A stretch of DNA of 64,000 bases from Bdellovibrionales bacterium (GTDB lineage: Bacteria > Bdellovibrionota > Bdellovibrionia > Bdellovibrionales > UBA1609): contig CBDHDF010000007.1 of the NCBI GenBank assembly GCA_965261545.1, positions 96,001 to 160,000 of the forward strand, read 5' to 3'. Both the position numbers and the translations under genes were made by a program. Positions 56,006 to 64,000 of the stretch are shown one piece after another. How positions within the stretch are numbered: position 1 is the first letter of the stretch; the number at the start of each line of letters is the position of its first letter. The notes under the pieces are model-generated. The model had not been told where the DNA came from. It saw only the letters and a program-made list of their open reading frames with translations, and did no database searches.

Positions 56006-59000
56006 CAATGCCGTTTCCTTAAGCCACCACACCCCTCTGCCTCTGCGTTAAGCTATTTCTTTTAAAAGAACTCCCAGCCCTTTTGATAGACCTTTCATAG
56101 CTTCTTTTGAAGTGCCTCCTCTTCTCCATTGAAATCTTCATCAGCAACTTTATCTGCTTCCTAAATTTCTGATAGAGCCCCGCAACAAAAAGGGGGATGC
56201 TATCCATTATGAAATCAAGAATCAGTTTAAAGTTAGGTTTTTTGTAGTCATTTTTTACCAACTGATTCACACTGTCTTCATCCTCATTTATGCTCATTTG
56301 AATCTTTGTATAATTGAAGAGCCAAAAATAAGAATACAGCTCTTGCAATATTCCATTAAGGCTTGTTGAGTGCCACTGCTCCATTTTCATTGTCGATGTA
56401 AAATCACGAAATGTCGTTTCTATTTCCCAACGACGAGAGTAAAGAGCAACCATATCCTTCTTGTCCAAGGAGCCATGCGGAAGATTAGTGGCCAAAACAG
56501 AGAACTCCCCAGTCTTTGGGTTTTTATACTTATAGAGATGAATGACCACCCCCTCAATAACCATTTGTGAATACCAACCTGGGCCATTAAATAAATTTAC
56601 GATGGGGATAAAAGTAGAGCCTCGCTTACAACGCGCAATAAAGAAGTTACTGGCTTGAGCATGGGCCTTAATAATCTCTGTAGATAAATAAAGCCTATCG
56701 TAGAGAGTTATGCTATTACTCTCAAAACTACCTATCATTTGAATAGCATTGGCGATTTCGTTGAGAGCGGGAGAAAAGCAAAGATTCTTTGTCACACCCG
56801 ATAAAACGTCATAAGCATGAGATAGATACATACGTAAGAAATGAGTTTCCATCTCATTTGGGCAAGGGTACCCACAATAACCCTCCTTTAAAAGATCTTT
56901 AGAGCGAGGAAGTGCTAATTGGTCGCCATCTATGGCATAGATATAAAAGCCATGAAACGTTTTTCTCAATGGTTCGTAGTCTGTAATCAGAGATTCAAAG
57001 ATATTTTTAAAAAATAGGTAAGAAATACTTTGACGTATCTTGCTGAGACTGCTTTTGACTGGCATGAGAAGCAGGTCACCAAAATGAGTCCATACCGTCT
57101 TAAGAGCGATTTGGTAGCCTTCGTAATTTGTTCCGGAAATAAGATAGATAATAGTAAAAAAGAAAATTTGAGGATTAAATTTTCGATTCCTTTTTTGTTT
57201 TTCTGGATCGACAAGGTGCTCTGGCTTGAAGGAAGAATCAAGTTTTGGTAGAATAAAATGGTCATCTGTGACGCGAACTCGTCATTTGGGGGCTTTCGAG
57301 ATCAATATTGGATTGCATGTGACTTACTCCTTGGTTGAGGGTTGGGTGTAAAATAAAACAAGTCTTATTCTTGTCGATTTATCTAATAATTTCAAGAGAT
57401 TTTTCTTAAGGAAACGAGCCTGTAAACTATTTTGTGTAACTGCCGAATCATATTAGGATGAACTATCATCCTGAAAGGAGAAGGCAGAATGGATATCAAG
57501 ACAATAGGCAAGGAACTAGCGAAGAACGTCAAGACCCAAAAGGATTTATCCGACATAACGGGTCAACTGATGAAGGTTGTTTTAGAGACGGCCCTTAATG
57601 CGGAAATGGACGATCACCTAGGTTATGAGAGGCATGAGAAGTCTGAGACCCGCAAATCCAACACTCGCAATGGTTACAGTAGAAAGACCATAAAGGGAGA
57701 GAAAGGCGAGGTGGAGCTTCAGGTCCCCCGTGACCGAAGTGCCTCCTTTGAACCTCAAGTCATTCCCAAGGGTAAGACTCGTCTTGAGGGCTTTGAAGAC
57801 AGTATCCTGACCCTCTATGCGAGGGGAATGACGACCAGGGATATTCAAGGAGCTATCAAAGACCTCTACCATGGTGCAGAGATATCCCACTCTGATAGCC
57901 AACGTGACGGATGCTGTTATTGATGAAGTTACGGCTTGGCAGAACCGCCCCTTGGATAGCACTTACCCTATCGTATTTTTGGACTGTATCGTGGTGAAGG
58001 TCCATCAAGACAAGAGAGTTATTAATAAGGCGATTTACCTAGCTCTTGGTATTACAGAGGAGGGTCAGAAAGACTTGTTGGGCCTATGGATTTCTGAAAA
58101 TGAGGGTTCAAAGTTTTGGTTGAGTGTTTTGACTGAGCTGCAAAATCGAGGGTTGAAAGATGTATTTATATTTTCTGTAGATGGTCTTACAGGTTTTCCT
58201 CAAGCCATTTCAGCGGCTTTTCCCAAGTCTAAAGTGCAACTGTGCATTGTCCATATGGTCCGCAATTCCCTTCGCTATGTTCCTTCCAAGGATATGAAAG
58301 CTGTCGCCCAAGACCTCAAGTCCATTTATGGCTCTACGACTCTGACAGAAGCTGAAAAGGCCCTTGAGGAATTTTGTACCAAGTGGTCTTCAAAGTATCC
58401 GAATATTGAAAAGTCTTGGCGTAGGAATTGGGACAATCTCATCACTATTTTCGATTATCCGGATGAAATCAGAAAGATTTTTTATACCACAAACGCCATA
58501 GAGTCGTTAAATAGCGTGATCCGCAAGGCGATCAGAAATCGTAAGATATTTCCCAGTGATCGGTCGGCTTTAAAAGTTGTATATTTAGCGATAAAAATGG
58601 CCTCTAAGCGATGGACACGACCATTACACAACTGGAAGCCAGCCATGAACAGGTTTGCCATTGAATACGGTGACCGTTTTGACAACTAAGTTTTTTAATA
58701 AGGTCCACCACCTGCCTTATAAGGGGGCTTAAAAGCCCCTCTAAGGCGTTGACAGAAGTACTGGAATACCGAGACTATGGTTAGGGTAATATAGTATGGG
58801 AACCTAAATACATGCCCTCTTGGTGCAGATTTGGGTTTCCATTTTTTTTCATATTTCATCCCAATGCTGGTATTTCTCGAATATCCTAAGTTAAAAAAAA
58901 TAAAAAAAGGGGGTAATATAGTATGGGAACCTAAACACATGAACCCTTTGATGAGATTGGAATTTCCATTTTTTTGAGAGAGCCATTGCTGATTTTTTTT

Positions 59001-60744
59001 CAACCAAGATGATAATTATTTATTTGAGTTCTTTCCAGTTCTGATATGATCCCATTACGGCTCCATAATACAATCAAAAGTCCAGAGTAACTAAAGAGGC
59101 CAATTATATAGACCAGCGAAGATGTCCACCTCCCCATTAACTTAATAATGCATTGTGACTGACAAAATCGCTTGAAGGAAAAAATGTCAATTATACATTG
59201 ACGAATAATATGGGACTGTGCTTTTTACCAGGAGTGGAGCCACATAAGTGGCTTTAAGATTTAAGAAAAAAATTGCAGTTACACAATTATTTTTACAGTC
59301 CCAAGGAAACGGCATTGCTCCAAGGACCAATGCCGTTTCCTTAAGCCACCACACCCCTCTGCCTCTGCGTTAAGCTATTTCTTTTAAAAGAACTCCCAGC
59401 CCTTTTGATAGACCTTTCATAGCTTCTTTTGAAGTGCCTCCTCTTCTCCATTGAAATCTTCATCAGCAACTTTATCTGCTTCCTAAATTTCTGATAGAGC
59501 CCCGCAACAAAAAGAGGGATGCTATCCATTATGAAATCAAGAATCAGTTTAAAGTTAGGTTTTTTGTAGTCATTTTTTACCAACTGATTCACACTGTCTT
59601 CATCCTCATTTATGCTCATTTGAATCTTTGTATAATTGAAGAGCCAAAAATAAGAATACAGCTCTTGCAATATTCCATTAAGGCTTGTTGAGTGCCACTG
59701 CTCCATTTTCATTGTCGATGTAAAATCACGAAATGTCGTTTCTATTTCCCAACGACGAGAGTAAAGAGCAACCATATCCTTCTTGTCCAAGGAGCCATGC
59801 GGAAGATTAGTGGCCAAAACAGAGAACTCCCCAGTCTTTGGGTTTTTATACTTATAGAGATGAATGACCACCCCCTCAATAACCATTCGTGAATACCAAC
59901 CTGGGCCATTAAATAAATTTACAATGGGGATAAAAGTAGAGCCTCGCTTACAACGCGCAATAAAGAAGTTACTGGCTTGAGCATGGGCCTTAATAATCTC
60001 TGTAGATAAATAAAGCCTATCGTAGAGAGTTATGCTATTACTCTCAAAACTACCTATCATTTGAATAGCATTGGCGATTTCGTTCAGAGCGGGAGAATAG
60101 CAAAGATTCTTTGTCACACCCGATAAAACGTCATAAGCATGAGATAGATACATACGTAAGAAATGAGTTTCCATCTCATTTGGGCAAGGGTACCCACAAT
60201 AACCCTCCTTTAAAAGATCTTTAGAGCGAGGAAGTGCTAATTGGTCGCCATCTATGGCATAGATATAAAAACCATGAAACGTTTTTCTCAATGGTTCGTA
60301 GTCTGTAATCAAAGATTCAAAGATATCTTTGAAAAATAGGTAAGAAATACTTTGACGTATCTTGCTGAGACTGCTTTTGACTGGCATGAGAAGCAGGTCA
60401 CCAAAATGAGTCCATACCGTCTTAAGAGCGATTTGGTAGCCTTCGTAATTTGTTCCGGAAATAAGATAGATAATGGTAAAAAAGAAAATTTGAGGATTAA
60501 ATTTTCGATTCCTTTTTTGTTTTTCTGGATCGACAAGGTGCTCTGACTTGAAGGAAGAATCAAGTTTTGGTAGAATAAAATGGTCATCTGTGACGCGAAC
60601 TCGTCATTTGGGGGCTTTCGAGATCAATATTGGATTGCATGTGACTTACTCCTTGGTTGAGGGTTGGGTGTAAAATAAAACAAGTCTTATTCTTGTCGAT
60701 TTATCTAATAATTTCAAGAGATTTTTCTTAAGGAAACGGCATTG
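56006..60744 (-). mobile_element. IS4-family copies 7 (56006-59317, IR split by IS256) and 8 (59328-60744) in direct tandem
   Basis: TSD ctccaaggac occurs three times (55996, 59318, 60745). Confidence 0.95.
57416..59302 (+). mobile_element. IS256-family copy 2, frameshifted (2-nt deletion near 57893)
   Basis: Same IRs as copy 1; 8-bp TSD aaggaaac lies inside the IS4 IR. Confidence 0.95.
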
Positions 60745-61247
60745 CTCCAAGGACGAACCGAGAGGTTTTCCCTTAAGATGAATGTAGAGAAAACCAAGCG
60801 TATCACCTTTTCTAAAGCCAAGGCTCGACGAGGTGAGAAGCAAGGTACCTTCGACTTCTTAGGTTTCACCTTCTACATAAGTAAACGCAGAGGGCGCATA
60901 CTGCCCAAGATTAAATCCAATGGACGTAGAATAAGGAAGAAGCTACAGGTAGTCAAAGAGTGGTGCCGAGCCAACCGTCACAGAGGTACATTGTGCGAGC
61001 TGTGGGAGAGGTTTTGCAAGAAGCTCAGAGGACACGCCCAGTACTATGCTGTCTCCGATAATTACAAAGGAGTGAAGAATTTCTTTCACTACGCCATTAG
61101 GATTTTCTTCAAATGGATGAACAGACGTAGTCAGCGAAGATCTTTTGATTGGAATAAGTTTAACAGGTTCCTTGCTAACTTTCCTCCACCAAGGGTTCGC
61201 ATAGTACACAAGCTGTATTGATATAGTTGAGTGAGTAGAGTTATCGT

Positions 61248-61320
61248 CCGCCTATTGCCTTAATTGGGCACGATGGGTGGGAACGGGGGTTGGGTCGGGT
61301 AACCGGCCCTTCTACCCAAT
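61248..61320 (+). ncRNA. Group II intron domains V and VI
   Basis: ccgcctattgccttaattgggcacgatgggtgg hairpin with a CGC triad and AC bulge, then gggttgggtcgggtaaccggcccttctaccc-aat. Confidence 0.8.
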
Positions 61321-63559
61321 AATGTTATCACATCTGTAATACTTCCCGGATATAATCTGTAAGCTATTGGAAGGCTAGCACTCTTAATATTGGAATCTAC
61401 TTTGAAGTTTTGACTTAAAATACCTAAATTGGTTTGAGCCAAATTCTCGCCATCTCTATTGTAACCTCTTTCCAAGAAGTCATTCTCAGAACCATAAGAG
61501 GAAATAGAAGTAATGTCGAACATGACGGCTTGAGAACTATCCTTATGGCTTTGAATCCAATTCATAAAAAAATTTTCTATAGCATCTTCATCATTACCAA
61601 TAATAGATAGAAATTTACTTATTAATTTTGAATTCAGATTATGATCATTTGAAACATAAGAAGCCTCACACCATAAAGGGCAATGCCGTTTCCTTAAGCC
61701 ACCACACCCCTCTGCCTCTGCGTTAAGCTATTTCTTTTAAAAGAACTCCCAGCCCTTTTGATAGACCTTTCATAGCTTCTTTTGAAGTGCCTCCTCTTCT
61801 CCATTGAAATCTTCATCAGCAACTTTATCTGCTTCCTAAATTTCTGATAGAGCCCCGCAACAAAAAGGGGGATGCTATCCATTATGAAATCAAGAATCAG
61901 TTTAAAGTTAGGTTTTTTGTAGTCATTTTTTACCAACTGATTCACACTGTCTTCATCCTCATTTATGCTCATTTGAATCTTTGTATAATTGAAGAGCCAA
62001 AAATAAGAATACAGCTCTTGCAATATTCCATTAAGGCTTGTTGAGTGCCACTGCTCCATTTTCATTGTCGATGTAAAATCACGAAATGTCGTTTCTATTT
62101 CCCAACGACGAGAGTAAAGAGCAACCATATCCTTCTTGTCCAAGGAGCCATGCGGAAGATTAGTGGCCAAAACAGAGAACTCCCCAGTCTTTGGGTTTTT
62201 ATACTTATAGAGATGAATGACCACCCCCTCAATAACCATTTGTGAATACCAACCTGGGCCATTAAATAAATTTACGATGGGGATAAAAGTAGAGCCTCGC
62301 TTACAACGCGCAATAAAGAAGTTACTGGCTTGAGCATGGGCCTTAATAATCTCTGTAGATAAATAAAGCCTATCGTAGAGAGTTATGCTATTACTCTCAA
62401 AACTACCTATCATTTGAATAGCATTGGCGATTTCGTTGAGAGCGGGAGAATAGCAAAGATTCTTTGTCACACCCGATAAAACGTCATAAGCATGAGATAG
62501 ATACGTACGTAAGAAATGAGTTTCCATCTCATTTGGGCAAGGGTACCACAATAACCCTCCTTTAAAAGATCTTTAGAGCGAGGAAGTGCTAATTGGTCGC
62601 CATCTATGGCATAGATATAAAAGCCATGAAACGTTTTTCTCAATGGTTCGTAGTCTGTAATCAGAGATTCAAAGATATTTTTAAAAAATAGGTAAGAAAT
62701 ACTTTGACGTATCTTGCTGAGACTGCTTTTGACTGGCATGAGAAGCAGGTCACCAAAATGAGTCCATACCGTCTTAAGAGCGATTTGGTAGCCTTCGTAA
62801 TTTGTTCCGGAAATAAGATAGATAATAGTAAAAAAGAAAATTTGAGGATTAAATTTTCGATTCCTTTTTTGTTTTTCTGGATCGACAAGGTGCTCTGGCT
62901 TGAAGGAAGAATCAAGTTTTGGTAGAATAAAATGGTCATCTGTGACGCGAACTCGTCATTTGGGGGCTTTCGAGATCAATATTGGATTGCATGTGACTTA
63001 CTCCTTGGTTGAGGGTTGGGTGTAAAATAAAACAAGTCTTATTCTTGTCGATTTATCTAATAATTTCAAGAGATTTTTCTTAAGGAAACGGCATTGCCAT
63101 AAAGGGTAAAGGTAATAGGGCTCTTTTGTAATGATTTTAAAAAAAGATAAATAAAGAATTTGTTCATAATCATCTGGAAAAGATTTTTTAAGTATTTGTA
63201 TCAAACCTAATCTCTTGCTAATGTATTTCAATAAATGGAGAGAACCAATATCTTGGGAAGATGTTGGAATACTGGGTTGAGATTTAGGAATTAGTTTACC
63301 TGTTGATGGGTCCTTTTTGCCAAGGTAAACCTTTTTAGAACGAGATTGTTTCTTCTCTTTGTCCCAAGAGCTTGTGGACCTATAGAGGTAAGTTTGGCCC
63401 TTTATTTCTTGCTCATATATAGAAGACATGACCACAATTATGGCTATGAATGCAACGCGTTGTCAAGACTTTAAAAGGATAAGCATTCAATATATTCGAC
63501 TTCAGAGCAAAAACTAGACTTTAATCCACAACCTAGCGATAACTGAAGAAGATTTCAGG
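61321..63559 (-). mobile_element. Second IS1634-family element, 5' half only; split by IS4 copy 9 and cut by the intron
   Basis: IR cctgaaatcttcttcag... at 63559. Motifs WDKEKKQSR, FDITS.SSY, GYNRD and YPGSI.DV. Confidence 0.85.
61681..63096 (-). mobile_element. IS4-family copy 9 (1-nt deletion frameshift)
   Basis: TSD ccataaaggg; gggtaccaca here versus gggtacccaca in the other copies. Confidence 0.95.
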
Positions 63560-63581
63560 AACGTATTGACTCATTTAATAG

Positions 63582-63998
63582 CTAGTTCAAGAGGTTTTCA
63601 CATACACGCTCGACTTTATTGGGGCTGTGGATGACGATTTCTGCGGAGTATAGGGGCTGGAGGTTTTCGCTGACGGGGCATCCTCTGGCGCCCACTTCAT
63701 AGGTGGAGCAGGGGCCTTTTTTATCACAAATGGATGCCTGAACATGCATGCCCAAAGAATCTTGTGGGCAGATATACCTTGTTTGTGGGTCGACCTCAAC
63801 CGTGGGAGATAATTTGCGAGAGTTTTCTATGCACCAAACCCAAATGGGTTGTCCATCCGTTTTGTTGTTGTAGGCACTGGAGGGACCGTGGTCAAGGGAG
63901 TCGTGTCGCTTTGTGTACTCCGTGTCGTTGGGGCCCTTTCCAGGGTCATTATAGGCTCTGGCCCAAGGGCCTGATGATGTTGTTATGCCTATTAAAAA
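63582..63998 (-). CDS. 3' end of a Cys-containing hypothetical protein (start outside the window)
   Basis: Open frame FLIGITTSSGPW...VERVCENLLN* read manually on the minus strand. Confidence 0.55.
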   Translation of the reverse strand, partial: FLIGITTSSGPWARAYNDPGKGPNDTEYTKRHDSLDHGPSSAYNNKTDGQPIWVWCIENSRKLSPTVEVDPQTRYICPQDSLGMHVQASICDKKGPCSTYEVGARGCPVSENLQPLYSAEIVIHSPNKVERVCENLLN

Positions 63999-64000
63999 GA

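Larger units (their letters stand above)
55829..61320 (+). mobile_element. 3' half of a group II intron (RT/maturase remnant plus domains V/VI), split by IS4-IS256-IS4
   Basis: VSPVLSNIFAHY, RYCDD, EKT, FDFLGF and domain X (LRGH..YY, KWMNRRSQ), followed by DV/DVI ending in AAT. Confidence 0.88.

Noticed and set aside
58695..59003. 102-aa ORF in the IS256 copy 2 cargo
   Set aside because: Broken by an A-run length difference in copy 1, overlaps the hairpin units, and has no recognisable motif.
55829..61221. RT remnant as the DGR or retron RT serving the FGE gene
   Set aside because: It has maturase domain X and is followed by DV/DVI, so it is a group II intron. No TR or avd is seen.
1..64000. 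tRNA, rRNA or prophage structural genes
   Set aside because: None recognised by eye; a covariance-model scan was not possible.

Overview
This is a 64-kb bacterial window with a Bdellovibrionota-like gene complement (inferred from gene content, not proven). Positions 1-12.1 kb and 44.6-50.7 kb are ordinary chromosome: LppC-like lipoprotein, MFS transporter, methyltransferase, histone-H1-like protein, mltG, astC-astA-astD, TPR/SH3 protein, cNMP-binding protein, AI-2E transporter, FGE-sulfatase-domain lipoprotein, fumC and a PA14 lipoprotein. Most of the rest is a deeply nested pile of mobile elements that can be peeled apart from terminal repeats and target duplications: 9 IS4-family copies plus a 90-bp MITE, 5 full and 3 partial IS110 copies, 2 IS66, 2 IS256, 2 IS1634, an IS21, two ISNCY-type elements, a group II intron remnant and a minimal large-serine-recombinase (LSR) element. 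These interrupt two Rpn-family genes and a pilin-like gene. The most notable signals are: (i) an IS110 recombinase with a structured ~410-nt non-coding end that has inserted at the same nucleotide in both inverted repeats of an IS66 and into its own ends, building a tandem array; (ii) a ~1.9-kb IS-like LSR element with terminal inverted repeats sitting at the QGS motif of a group II intron reverse transcriptase; (iii) IS256 cargo (twin hairpin units plus a small membrane peptide ORF) that shares ~60 bp with the IS110 non-coding end; (iv) a highly amplified IS4 whose transposase N-terminus has no canonical start codon; (v) a probable orphan DGR target gene.
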